A model generated the notes under the pieces. That model was given only the letters and a program-made list of their open reading frames with translations. It had not been told where the DNA came from and made no database searches. Below, one piece after another: positions 19,514-29,624 of a stretch of DNA of 64,000 nt. Made by a program: the position numbers and the translations under genes. Numbering within the stretch: the stretch's first letter is position 1; each line of letters begins with the position of its first letter. Source of the stretch: an uncultured bacterium (lineage in GTDB: Bacteria; Zixibacteria; MSB-5A5; GN15; FEB-12); the NCBI GenBank assembly GCA_965372795.1, contig CBDVDR010000004.1, positions 161,449 to 225,448 on the forward strand. Direction: 5' to 3'.

Positions 19514-22500
19514 ATGAAGTCATATATGACTGGAATAAATCAGAAAATTCTTATTTGTTTTTTCTCTTTATTTCTAATTACAGTAATTAGTTCAAACGTA
19601 GCGGGTGTAAATACTGCCCCCGAGACATGGAATGATTGTGCCCCGCAAAATCAGGTTACTATTAATTCATTGCCATTTACACTTAGTGAATCAAATACCT
19701 GCTATCGCCTTGAATCTGATCTTTACTCACCCACCAATGGTATTTTAGTCCGCGGAGGCGGATCAGGTGCGGAAAATATCACACTGTTTCTAAACGGATA
19801 CTCTATCTATTTCGGTACTGCCGGCGGTGATAACAATTACGGTCTGCAATTCTATGGCAATCATGATACCGATGGCTACTACTGGTTAAGAAATGTTAGA
19901 ATTGTAGGTGACAATGGTGCCATTCACCATCTGCCATCCGACACTACGGCTGATAGAAATATGTGTTTCCAATTCGTAGGCGGATACAACATTAATATGG
20001 AAAATGTAAATGCCCGAATTGCCGGTTTTAACGGACACATTTCAAAAAGGATTTCTGGCGGTTATAGCGCTTACAATATTGAAATAGCCGGCGGAACCTG
20101 GACAAGTGATGTAACTGCTTATGCAAGTCGTTGTCAAATGGATGGGGCTATTTTTAAAGGTAGAGAATCAGGAATGGGTGAACCGACTTTTGAGTATAAT
20201 TGGAAAATTCATGATATAACTGTTACTAACGGACCGGGACAGGGATTCACTTTTGGCGGGCTATCATATTTTTATGACAACAATATAACTATTGATGCAA
20301 GAAACGATTTTTACACATACCCTTCCGGTGGTACCTGCCTGGGAACTACCAATAGTGCTGCTCTGCTTCTCAGTCGACTTGCTGGAGGAAGTGAAATTCG
20401 TGATAATGTTATTCGAGCCGGATCCAACTATGCCGGTTGTGATCTGGGAATGCTGGTTGAAATTTCCAAAGGAACTGCGGAAAACCCGGTAGAAATTTTT
20501 AACAACGATATAGAACTTCATCGTGGCAATGAGGCTTATTACGGGACTATGAACTGCAAAGGGATTAAAACTCGTTATCACAATATGCACGTAAATATTC
20601 ATCATAATAATATTAAAATTCAGATCGGTAATACCGGACACTCAGCTTACGGACCCGATGGAGTCGGACTGGAAATTCTCAGTTATAACGATGCCGGCAG
20701 TGATTTTGGCGACGGAAGAGAACCCGACAGTTTTGTTGTCTATGAATATAATAATATTGAAATGCAGGCTATGGGAGGAGACTTCGACGAAGCCCGTAGC
20801 GTACGGTTGGCTCTTTCTGAAAAAAATGGACATAACTGGTATAATGCCGGTAACAGAGTTCAATATAATCGCTTAAAATCCTGCTTTGATATCTTCTGGG
20901 TTGGTGGTTTAGATAATGGCGGAAGATGTTTTGATGCCATGCTCAATAACAATACTATTGAATTTGACGAAACTAATTGGGGCAAACCAAAGTATGTTTA
21001 TCATCTTGGCTGGAATGGCGGAGCTGAAAGAAATATCGCCCGTGACAATCTCTTTGTAGGTCCAGTGGCCGATATCGCAGCTAACCCGGCTGATTTAGTA
21101 AATACCTGGATGTCGGGAGATGCCGGCGAAAGAGATCTCTCGCTTGAAAGAACTTTAACTATTAAAATCCTTGGTAATAACGACTCGTTAATAACCGATG
21201 TCCCGGTTACTGTTACAAATAATTACAACGATGAGGTTATAAATTCAACTAGTGGATCAATTGGTTATGCCCGAGATGTTGTAAAATATTATCGTGAATT
21301 TAGATATCTGTCTGATTCAACTAATTATAATCCCTTTAATATCAGCGTCTCAAAGGGCGGACTGACAAAAGATACAACAATTTATGTCAACTGGGACACT
21401 CCAATTCTTGAGTTAATTCTCAACACCGCCGGTACTGTTGATACTACAATCCCGGCTATTGATACCATCCTCCCTCCTCCGGCTGCCGACACAAGTATTG
21501 CAGACACGATTCCTCCCGCACAAGTTGAAGACCTTGGGGTTTTACCCGGTACAATTGACGGAGCCGTTGTGCTCTCATGGACTGCTGTTGGTGATGACGG
21601 CTTATCCGGAACAGCCGATTATTATTTAATCAGATATTCTGAATCAGCAATTATAACCGAATCAGATTGGGATGCTGCCACAGTTATCAGCAATTTGAGA
21701 ACTCCTGCTGCAAGCGGCACACCGGAAACTTATGCTACTTTGAATTTACCGATTGGGCATGAGCTGTATTTCTCGGTTCGAGCTGTTGATGATGCCGGAT
21801 TAGAATCCGATATTGTATCAGCCTCGGGATTTACCCGAGGTATCCAGACACCCATTGTCTCGGTTGAATCAATGGTCATTGACACTCTTATCGGAGAGGT
21901 GACCTTCTACGCCGAAACAGTTCCATCATATTTAAACATTTATTATGAATTCGTACTGGATACCGATAACTCTTTTTCAAATATTACAACGGTTACTGAC
22001 TCAAACGCTGTCGGAGCTTTTTCAATTGTAACTTTCACCGGCTTGCAAAACGATCAAATTTATTATTACCGAGTTAGAGCGACAGCTGATGATTTATCAA
22101 TCCTGTCGGCCTGGTCGCCTACTCTTGCCTTTTCAATGACAGGCGGAGTTATTAACCAGCCACCTTCCGCTCCTTTGGCTGATTCACCTATTGATGATGA
22201 TATTATCACTTCCACAACTCTCACCCTCTCGGTTTTAAACAGTACCGATCCGGAGAGTGATTTGTTGACGTATGATTTTGAGTTATACGATGCAAACTCT
22301 GCAAACCTTATTGAATCAGCTATTGATATTGCCGAAGGTGATTTAATTACCTACTGGGATGTTCCTGATAATCTGCTTCAGCTCGACAGCACTTATACCT
22401 GGCATGCCCGGAGTTTTGATGGTGAGGCTTTCTCCAACTGGTCGCCTTTTTATAGTTTTTCAATAGTGATCGTAGGAACGGGTACAATCGCCGAACAGAT

Positions 22501-22747
22501 TGTATATCCATATCCTAATCCGGTTAGTTTTGCACAGGGACAGACCGCAACTTTCACCCTCCCGGATTCCCCCAGCGATCTATTAATCCAAACAATTGCC
22601 GGTGAAACCGTAGTTCTGGAAACCGGTGTTTCTGGAAATTATTTCTGGGATGGAAAAAATGAATCTGGATTCGAAGTTGCAATGGGCGTCTATTTATGGT
22701 ATGTAAATGGAAATGCTTTCAAAGGCAAGATTATGGTCAAACCATAA
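19514..22747 (+). CDS. Large secreted protein: parallel beta-helix region, FN3/Ig-like domains and a C-terminal FlgD-Ig-like domain
   Basis: Signal peptide; I.NN.I-type repeats; DTIPPAQVEDL..VLSWTAVGDDG..GTA..Y.IRYS FN3 signature; YPYPNP...FWDGKNESG..VAMGVYL tail. Confidence 0.82.
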   Translation: MKSYMTGINQKILICFFSLFLITVISSNVAGVNTAPETWNDCAPQNQVTINSLPFTLSESNTCYRLESDLYSPTNGILVRGGGSGAENITLFLNGYSIYFGTAGGDNNYGLQFYGNHDTDGYYWLRNVRIVGDNGAIHHLPSDTTADRNMCFQFVGGYNINMENVNARIAGFNGHISKRISGGYSAYNIEIAGGTWTSDVTAYASRCQMDGAIFKGRESGMGEPTFEYNWKIHDITVTNGPGQGFTFGGLSYFYDNNITIDARNDFYTYPSGGTCLGTTNSAALLLSRLAGGSEIRDNVIRAGSNYAGCDLGMLVEISKGTAENPVEIFNNDIELHRGNEAYYGTMNCKGIKTRYHNMHVNIHHNNIKIQIGNTGHSAYGPDGVGLEILSYNDAGSDFGDGREPDSFVVYEYNNIEMQAMGGDFDEARSVRLALSEKNGHNWYNAGNRVQYNRLKSCFDIFWVGGLDNGGRCFDAMLNNNTIEFDETNWGKPKYVYHLGWNGGAERNIARDNLFVGPVADIAANPADLVNTWMSGDAGERDLSLERTLTIKILGNNDSLITDVPVTVTNNYNDEVINSTSGSIGYARDVVKYYREFRYLSDSTNYNPFNISVSKGGLTKDTTIYVNWDTPILELILNTAGTVDTTIPAIDTILPPPAADTSIADTIPPAQVEDLGVLPGTIDGAVVLSWTAVGDDGLSGTADYYLIRYSESAIITESDWDAATVISNLRTPAASGTPETYATLNLPIGHELYFSVRAVDDAGLESDIVSASGFTRGIQTPIVSVESMVIDTLIGEVTFYAETVPSYLNIYYEFVLDTDNSFSNITTVTDSNAVGAFSIVTFTGLQNDQIYYYRVRATADDLSILSAWSPTLAFSMTGGVINQPPSAPLADSPIDDDIITSTTLTLSVLNSTDPESDLLTYDFELYDANSANLIESAIDIAEGDLITYWDVPDNLLQLDSTYTWHARSFDGEAFSNWSPFYSFSIVIVGTGTIAEQIVYPYPNPVSFAQGQTATFTLPDSPSDLLIQTIAGETVVLETGVSGNYFWDGKNESGFEVAMGVYLWYVNGNAFKGKIMVKP

Positions 22748-22748
22748 T

Positions 22749-23483
22749 TTACTTATAATTATTTAATAATTCCAGTAATCCTTCGGTAAGGACTTTATAT
22801 CCTTCATCATTCAAATCTATCGGTCCGCTCGATAAATTCTGCCTTAAAAATGGCTCTTCGTCTGACAGCAAATCATTAAAATCAAAAAGAATTAATTTAT
22901 TTGTAAAACAAAATTCTTTTATCCAGTCATTATAAACCTCAAGAGAATCCACCATCGAATAACCATCCAATGTATCCGCCCCCTTAAGCAAAGGAACGGT
23001 TGTTGTGAGAATCGGTTTTATTTTGTGGTAACGGGCAAGCTCTGCCATCGAGCTGACATAATCTTTGATTTCACTTATCTGACTGTATGGTCGAAAATTG
23101 TACGAACTAACTTCGATCAGCACATAATCAGGCTCCAGATCAATAACATCCGGCTTAAACCGCAACAGAAAACCGGCAATTCTTTGGTGGCTCAACCCCC
23201 GGTTTATGATTTCATATTGTCCGCCGGTATCATTTATCTGCCACCTCTCAATAGTCTGAGTTCCAAAAAGTACCACTCTATTGCCATTATTGGGCTGATT
23301 TTTTAAATAAATATTATCTTTGTAATAAAATGATCGGCCTGAAAACTCATCTACAATATTAGTATATTTATCAAGATATAGATTTATATGGCTGCGGTAT
23401 TCCAAAGCCTTATTCCCGACATAAAAAATCGCTATATTTCCAAGCAATGATACGATCAGAACTATTTTCCATTTTCTCTTCAT
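22749..23483 (-). CDS. SGNH/GDSL-fold protein with degenerate catalytic motifs
   Basis: Start moved to MKRKW; N-terminal TM; VVLFGTQT (block I), INRG (block II), RF..DVI..P, DLNDEGY (block V). Confidence 0.75.
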   Translation of the reverse strand: MKRKWKIVLIVSLLGNIAIFYVGNKALEYRSHINLYLDKYTNIVDEFSGRSFYYKDNIYLKNQPNNGNRVVLFGTQTIERWQINDTGGQYEIINRGLSHQRIAGFLLRFKPDVIDLEPDYVLIEVSSYNFRPYSQISEIKDYVSSMAELARYHKIKPILTTTVPLLKGADTLDGYSMVDSLEVYNDWIKEFCFTNKLILFDFNDLLSDEEPFLRQNLSSGPIDLNDEGYKVLTEGLLELLNNYK

Positions 23484-23548
23484 AACCGAAAATAAAAATA
23501 GACAACGCAGCAAACAACTACAATATTAAGATTGATAATTGAAAATTA

Positions 23549-25744
23549 ATGAAAGCAATTTTCGATAAACTCATGAAAACAAATATTATTAACACAACCA
23601 TATTCAGAGAAAATAATATAAAGACTGCGGCAAAGATTGAAACGCTAAAATATATCGGCAAAGGTCGCGCCTCTAGGGCTGTTTTAGTTAAAGTCACAAC
23701 CGCAGAAAATGAATCTTTTGAATGTGTCGAAAAAATATTTAACCCCGGCTTCCTGACAAAATTTATTTACTGGTTTTCTTTCCAGTCTCCCTTCGCCTAC
23801 CAGTATAATCAAAATGCCATCAAAGCTGCCTTTTACCGTAGAAAAGTTGCTTCTAAAATATTATCACTTCTCGGAAAAGAAAATCTGGTTGCTGAACCAT
23901 ACTACACCCGATGGGATGAAGAAAATCAGGCTTATGTTTTAGCGGCAAAGTTTATTAAAGGGCGAGGGATTATTCCACAGCAAAGTGACTCCTTCATAAT
24001 CCGAAGATTTTTATACAAAATCTTCGTTAAACCGTTTACTAATAATCGTCCACAAAACTTAAACCTCGACACCCCGCCTTTTGAAGAAAAAAAAGAAATC
24101 ACAAGTCACATGAAAAAATGTGAAAACCTTTTCCTTCAATCAGGATTGGTCGGTTCCGGATGGCAGGTTTCAACCAGAGCCTTGGTTGCCACAGCCAATC
24201 TTTTAAGAACTAAAGATAAATATGTTATAATCGACCTCGAATCAGGCATCCCGGCATTTTTGATCCCCTATTATCTGTTTCGATCTTTAATAACTATGCG
24301 ATTTCCATATTTTGATGATCTTGAATCAGCACCATTGAAAAAATTTATTGAAAGCAATAAAACTGAACTGACCAAAGCCATCGGTGAACTCAAGTATGAC
24401 CAACTTTGCACCGATGTAAATCATCTTATTACATTTTCTGAAAATTGGAAGGCTGAAGAAATATCTGTTTTCAGAAATTTCTTTTCACTTTTCAAAAGAT
24501 CAAAAAGAAAACAGATTATTCAATACCGATTGCGAACCTGGAATAAAATTGAAATTATTGATAATGATTATTATAATAAAGTTAAAGATACAAATCGGTT
24601 ATTTACTCAGTCAATTTTTCTATTAGGTATTTTCCCCGGCAGAATTGGTCGTTTTTTAAGAAAGCTAAAAGGGAACAAAGAATATTATAAAAAGACAAAA
24701 TCCTTTTTCCTAAGCAGTTACGACCGAAGAATTATTATTGGAGATTATGTTGATTCGCACTATGAAAAATGGCTCGATGAAGAAAGAATCTCGCCTGATT
24801 TTAAATTTAAGAAATACAGCCTTAGTCTAAAATTTATTTCCAATCTGTTTCTGGGGAAAATATTCCCGATAGGTTTCCACAAAATTGTCGTAAACAAAAT
24901 CTATCGTAAAAAAATATTTACCCGCATCGGTTTGCTCTTTGTCTCCAATAAATTTCAGTTGGAATATTCCAAATATGTCATCTATAGCGAATTATACTTC
25001 TGGAAAAAACATGGGCGCATCTCCTCAAAAGAATTTAAAAACCATATTAAATATCTTAAGGTTGGATATATTCAGGAATATTTAAGATCATTCAGTTTTC
25101 ACCTCGGCCTAAAATTTTTCGAAGCCGTCACCTCGACTATAAAAATTATGGGGATCGCCTGGTATCTATCTACCTTCGCATCCAATTTTCCCGATGTGGA
25201 CCCGGACTCACCGCTCACCCTCCGATTGATGACATCTTTTCTCCAAACTGCCGCTCTGAATCCTATTTCTATCCTCATGATAATTAACACCTCCGTCTGG
25301 AGAACCTTAATAACTCTCCAAAGAATGATCAGCATCCGAAGACGACATATTACCTATCGCGTTGCTTTATTTTGGGGGATGATTCCGGCTTTAGGGACTC
25401 TGGCGTATCCGATGCAGCTTTATTCAAGCTGTCAGGAACTATCAATCTTTTTAATGAGAAACACAACCAGTCGTATCGGGCAAAAATTCCCTATCTATGG
25501 CGGGAAAGATTCGATTTTGGAATTGTGGTTTATCAAAACAATCAACTTAATTATCGAATTTTTGGAAATTACCCGTTGGTTCTGGGAAATGACTTTTCAA
25601 AGAATTATTAAACTCTTTAAAAGAAAATCAAAAGCTAAACCGGCTGAAATTACATTCACCGAATCTAAAAGGAAAGATCAAACTAAATTAGATTTGTTAG
25701 TAAAAGAGCATATAAAAGATATTTGGAAAGATTTTGAAATCTAA
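23549..25744 (+). CDS. Hypothetical protein with a kinase-like N-terminal domain and a hydrophobic C-terminal region
   Basis: 731-aa ORF; IGKGRAS, CVEKIF, TANLL, VIIDLES. Confidence 0.6.
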   Translation: MKAIFDKLMKTNIINTTIFRENNIKTAAKIETLKYIGKGRASRAVLVKVTTAENESFECVEKIFNPGFLTKFIYWFSFQSPFAYQYNQNAIKAAFYRRKVASKILSLLGKENLVAEPYYTRWDEENQAYVLAAKFIKGRGIIPQQSDSFIIRRFLYKIFVKPFTNNRPQNLNLDTPPFEEKKEITSHMKKCENLFLQSGLVGSGWQVSTRALVATANLLRTKDKYVIIDLESGIPAFLIPYYLFRSLITMRFPYFDDLESAPLKKFIESNKTELTKAIGELKYDQLCTDVNHLITFSENWKAEEISVFRNFFSLFKRSKRKQIIQYRLRTWNKIEIIDNDYYNKVKDTNRLFTQSIFLLGIFPGRIGRFLRKLKGNKEYYKKTKSFFLSSYDRRIIIGDYVDSHYEKWLDEERISPDFKFKKYSLSLKFISNLFLGKIFPIGFHKIVVNKIYRKKIFTRIGLLFVSNKFQLEYSKYVIYSELYFWKKHGRISSKEFKNHIKYLKVGYIQEYLRSFSFHLGLKFFEAVTSTIKIMGIAWYLSTFASNFPDVDPDSPLTLRLMTSFLQTAALNPISILMIINTSVWRTLITLQRMISIRRRHITYRVALFWGMIPALGTLAYPMQLYSSCQELSIFLMRNTTSRIGQKFPIYGGKDSILELWFIKTINLIIEFLEITRWFWEMTFQRIIKLFKRKSKAKPAEITFTESKRKDQTKLDLLVKEHIKDIWKDFEI

Positions 25745-25752
25745 TCTCTGCC

Positions 25753-26322
25753 TCAATAATTATCAGCAGTTTCATTATAAATTGTCTTTGGAAGGTCTTG
25801 ATGGACATGTTCACCATCGCGCTTGGTAATAACCGCCGGCGTTCCCGCAACCGTACAATTCGGAGGCACATCGCGCATCACAACAAAACTATTAGCACCG
25901 ATTTTTACATTATCGCCAATAGTAATCGGACCCAGCAAAGTTGCTCCGGTGCCGATCAATACATTGTTGCCAAGGGTTGGGTGACGTTTGCCAATATGTT
26001 TCCCGGTTCCGCCTAAAGTAACATTATGAAAAAGAACACAATTCTCACCTATTTCGGTAGTCTCTCCGATAACCAGTCCGGCTCCGTGATCACAGAAAAA
26101 ACCTTTTCCAATTTGAGCTCCCGGATGAATTTCCAGTCCGGTTAAAAAACGGCTGATTTGAGATATTAATCGGGGAATGAAAGGAATGTTTATTTTCCAT
26201 AAAAAATGCAAAAAACGATGCATTACTATGGCATGAAATCCCGGATATAGAAGGAATTCAATATTCCTGCAGGCAGGATCATTGCGATAGATTGCTTTTA
26301 AATCTTCAAAAATTGCGAGCAT
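25753..26322 (-). CDS. cysE: Serine O-acetyltransferase
   Basis: DPA, YPGFHA, EIHPGA.IG.GFFCDHG, KRHPT. Confidence 0.96.
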   Translation of the reverse strand: MLAIFEDLKAIYRNDPACRNIEFLLYPGFHAIVMHRFLHFLWKINIPFIPRLISQISRFLTGLEIHPGAQIGKGFFCDHGAGLVIGETTEIGENCVLFHNVTLGGTGKHIGKRHPTLGNNVLIGTGATLLGPITIGDNVKIGANSFVVMRDVPPNCTVAGTPAVITKRDGEHVHQDLPKTIYNETADNY

Positions 26323-26353
26323 ACTTAATTATCGTCACTTTACTAAATAATTT

Positions 26354-27265
26354 TTATTCAAAAAGAGCCGTTGAAAGATATCTTTCACCCGAATCACAAA
26401 CTATTGTCACCACATTTTTGCCCGGTCCGAGTTTCTGACCAACCTGTATAGCAGCCCAGATATTTGCTCCGGAGGATATTCCGCAAAGAATTCCATCTTT
26501 ACGAGCCAGTTTTTTTGCTATTTCAAAAGCAATATCATTCTCCACCGTGATAACCTCATCAACAACTTTTTTGTCATAATTACCAGGAATAAAACCACCG
26601 CCAATCCCCTGAATCGGATGGGGACCCGGTTCACCGCCTGATAAAACCGGTGAAGCTTTCGGCTCAACAGCATATATTTTACAGCCAAAATGATCTTTTA
26701 AAACTTTTCCGGCACCGCTGACTGTTCCCCCGGTTCCAACTCCGGACACAAAAGCATCAAGGTGCAGTTCAGCCATATCTTTAATTATTTCAGGACCGGT
26801 GGTTTTTGCATGAATGGCAGGATTGGATGGATTGTCAAATTGAGAAGGTTGAAAATTGCCATTCACTTTTGTGAGGTCATTGGCTTTTGCGATTGCGCCT
26901 TTCATGCCCTCCGCTCCCGGCGTGAGAATCAATTCGGTTCCAAAAAACTTCAATAACATTCTTCTTTCCATACTCATTGTGTCAGGCATTACCAGAACAC
27001 ATTGATAGCCTTTAGATGCGGCAACCATGGCGATTGCAATGCCCGTATTTCCGGAAGTTGGTTCGATAATTGTCATACCTTGTTTCAAAAGTCCTTTTTC
27101 TTCAGCATCTTTTATCATTGATGCCCCAATCCGGTCTTTGACTGAACTTCCCGGATTACTACTTTCGAGTTTTACATAGATATTTGCACAACCATCAGGA
27201 ACTACCTTATTAATTTTTACTAAAGGGGTATTTCCTATCGAATCAATTATATTTTCATATCTCAT
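26354..27265 (-). CDS. cysK: Cysteine synthase A
   Basis: SVKDR (PLP lysine), EPTSGNTG, GVGTGGT, PHPIQGIG, DSGERYLS. Confidence 0.96.
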   Translation of the reverse strand: MRYENIIDSIGNTPLVKINKVVPDGCANIYVKLESSNPGSSVKDRIGASMIKDAEEKGLLKQGMTIIEPTSGNTGIAIAMVAASKGYQCVLVMPDTMSMERRMLLKFFGTELILTPGAEGMKGAIAKANDLTKVNGNFQPSQFDNPSNPAIHAKTTGPEIIKDMAELHLDAFVSGVGTGGTVSGAGKVLKDHFGCKIYAVEPKASPVLSGGEPGPHPIQGIGGGFIPGNYDKKVVDEVITVENDIAFEIAKKLARKDGILCGISSGANIWAAIQVGQKLGPGKNVVTIVCDSGERYLSTALFE

Positions 27266-27375
27266 TGAATGCTCCTAATTTATTATATTTTCCATAAATA
27301 CGAAAAAGATATCAAATTGATTGTTTTATATTATCGGCTGGAATAAGAATATCTGAACTATTTGGTCTATTTTAG

Positions 27376-28320
27376 CTATTTTACCATTGGATGAGAATTT
27401 TTAGTCAAGCCAGTCACTTTAGCTTCTCTTAGATTATGCACCAACTCAATTGAAGGACGGGCAACATCCAACCCAAAACCTCGTCCGGCAAGAATTTCTT
27501 TATAGATAACCGTATGAAGATCAGCAAATCCGCCCGAGAACTCTATTTCATCATTATCTACAGTTATTGAACGAAATGTCCTTTGCCCTTGATTGACTAT
27601 ATCTTCCGGTAAATCTTCGCTATCTATTGATAAAAACCATTTTACCCGGGCGTTTTCAAGTTCGATATAACCGGCTGTTTTGAGGGGATCATTCAGATGA
27701 ACTTCAGCACCCTCGACCTTGCCAAAGAGCCACATTAACATATCAAAAAAATGTATTCCGATATTGGAGGCAAGACCGCCCGACTTTTCAAGCTGCCCTT
27801 TCCACGAGACCAAATACCACGGACCGCGAGAAGTTATATAAGTCAGCGAAATTTCTTTTTTACTTTTCGGAGGATCTTTATCAAGACGCTCTTTTAATTC
27901 TTTCAGTGAAGGATGGACTCGAAGTTGTAAGATTGTATTAATTTTTTTACCGTATTCAACTTCAAGTTCCTGAAGCGCATCTATATTCCACGGATTAAGC
28001 ACTACCGGTTTTTCACAAATAACATCGGCGCCTTCCCGTAATGCAAATCGGGCATGAGCATCATGAAGATGGTTCGGTGAACAGATGGTCAGGTAATCAA
28101 TTGCTTTTTCATGATTATGACGGCGAACCTTGTCAACAAACCGGTCGAATCTTTCAAACTCGGTAAAAAACCTGACATTACTAAAATACCCGTCAAGGAT
28201 TCCGGCTGAATCATGTGGGTCAACTGCCGCAATTAGATTATTGTTGGTTTCTTTAATAGCTTTAAGATGTCTTTGTGCGATATATCCCGAAACACCGGTT
28301 ATGGCAAAGTTTTTCGACAT
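27376..28320 (-). CDS. wbpB: Gfo/Idh/MocA oxidoreductase, WbpB/WlbA-like UDP-GlcNAcA 3-dehydrogenase
   Basis: GYIAQRH, FFTEFERFDR, CSPNHLHDAH, CEKP, NIGIHFFD, EFSGGFADLH. Confidence 0.85.
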   Translation of the reverse strand: MSKNFAITGVSGYIAQRHLKAIKETNNNLIAAVDPHDSAGILDGYFSNVRFFTEFERFDRFVDKVRRHNHEKAIDYLTICSPNHLHDAHARFALREGADVICEKPVVLNPWNIDALQELEVEYGKKINTILQLRVHPSLKELKERLDKDPPKSKKEISLTYITSRGPWYLVSWKGQLEKSGGLASNIGIHFFDMLMWLFGKVEGAEVHLNDPLKTAGYIELENARVKWFLSIDSEDLPEDIVNQGQRTFRSITVDNDEIEFSGGFADLHTVIYKEILAGRGFGLDVARPSIELVHNLREAKVTGLTKNSHPMVK

Positions 28321-28600
28321 TATTTCCCTAATCTGTTTTTACATGTTATACAATCTTTATTCATTTTAATTGCAATTTGATAAAAAGGCAAGAAATGAAG
28401 TGATATTTTATAAGATTCGGTTGATTTGGTTTAAAATATTAGTTCAAAGGCAAATTATAATCAGTATCACTTATTTCATAAATATTTTACAAAATAACTA
28501 ACAAAACTGGATTTTAAGCGTAAAAATTGTATTATTTGAATAATTTATTATCTATTATTAAAAATAATCGGTGCCCATCTTTAAATAATAAGAGGTCCAG

Positions 28601-28957
28601 ATGTCAAACAATTCTGTCTGTCATATCGAAATTGCCGCCAAAGATAGCAAAAAATCCGCTGAATTTTATAAATCTCTTTTTGGCTGGAAACTAAACTTTG
28701 AAATGAGTGAAGACTATATCTTCTTTATGCCGGATAACGGTACAGGTGGAGCAATTTCCAAAATGGAAAACTTTACTCCCGGTGATTCAATCGTTGTCTA
28801 CATCCAGGTAGAAGATATTGAAGCTTCTCTGAAACATGTTGTTGAGCTTGGCGGTACTGAAAAAACAGCTAAAACTGAAATTCCCGGTCATGGCTGGTAT
28901 GGCGTGTTTAAAGATTTGTATGGTAATCCAATCGGTTTGTTTACACCGAAAAACTAA
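28601..28957 (+). CDS. VOC/glyoxalase family protein
   Basis: CHIEI..FY..LFGW; KTEIPGHGW..FKD.YGN.IGL. Confidence 0.9.
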   Translation: MSNNSVCHIEIAAKDSKKSAEFYKSLFGWKLNFEMSEDYIFFMPDNGTGGAISKMENFTPGDSIVVYIQVEDIEASLKHVVELGGTEKTAKTEIPGHGWYGVFKDLYGNPIGLFTPKN

Positions 28958-29000
28958 TTTACAGAAGCTCGCATAATCGGGCTCTTTTTATGAGGATGAT

Positions 29001-29573
29001 ATGGATACGAATGAAATAAAAAAACAAATTGGCGTGTTAGAAAAAGAAATGACAAATAGCCGGATTAAACTCGAAAAATTAAGAAGACAAATGAATTCTG
29101 ATAAACTCAAAGATTACCGGCTAAAAGACCTTGATGGTAATTCTGTCTCTCTTTCGAGTCTTTTCGGTGATAAAAATGATTTGATTCTGGTTCACAACAT
29201 GGGCAAAGGCTGTTCCTATTGCACCATGTGGGCTGATGGTTTCATCGGCATCAAAGATCATCTGGGCGACCGCGCCTCTTTTGTAATGGTGTCACATGAC
29301 AAACCGGAGATTGCCAAAGAATTTACCTCCGGCCGAGACTGGACATTCAGAATCCTGTCGAATGATGATAAGTTTAATTTTGATATGGGCTTTGAAACTG
29401 ACGATGGCAGCCCGCATCCGGGGATTTCTACTTTCCACAAAAATGATGAAGGCGAAATCCATCGTATTTCCCAAGCTCCATTTGGTCCCGGCGATGATTT
29501 CTGCTCTGTCTGGCATATGCTGGATATGCTCAAAGATGGTCCCAATGACTGGAACCCAAAATATTCATACTAA
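29001..29573 (+). CDS. DUF899 thioredoxin-like protein
   Basis: LSSLFGDK.DLI.VH.M..GCSYC..WADG; W..LD. Confidence 0.88.
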   Translation: MDTNEIKKQIGVLEKEMTNSRIKLEKLRRQMNSDKLKDYRLKDLDGNSVSLSSLFGDKNDLILVHNMGKGCSYCTMWADGFIGIKDHLGDRASFVMVSHDKPEIAKEFTSGRDWTFRILSNDDKFNFDMGFETDDGSPHPGISTFHKNDEGEIHRISQAPFGPGDDFCSVWHMLDMLKDGPNDWNPKYSY

Positions 29574-29588
29574 TTAAATATTTGAATT

Positions 29589-29622
29589 AAAAAAACCGCT
29601 CTTAAAAAAGAGCGGTTTTTTT
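29589..29622. terminator. Bidirectional intrinsic terminator
   Basis: aaaaaaaccgctctt-aaaa-aagagcggttttttt between convergent genes. Confidence 0.88.
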
Positions 29623-29624
29623 AT

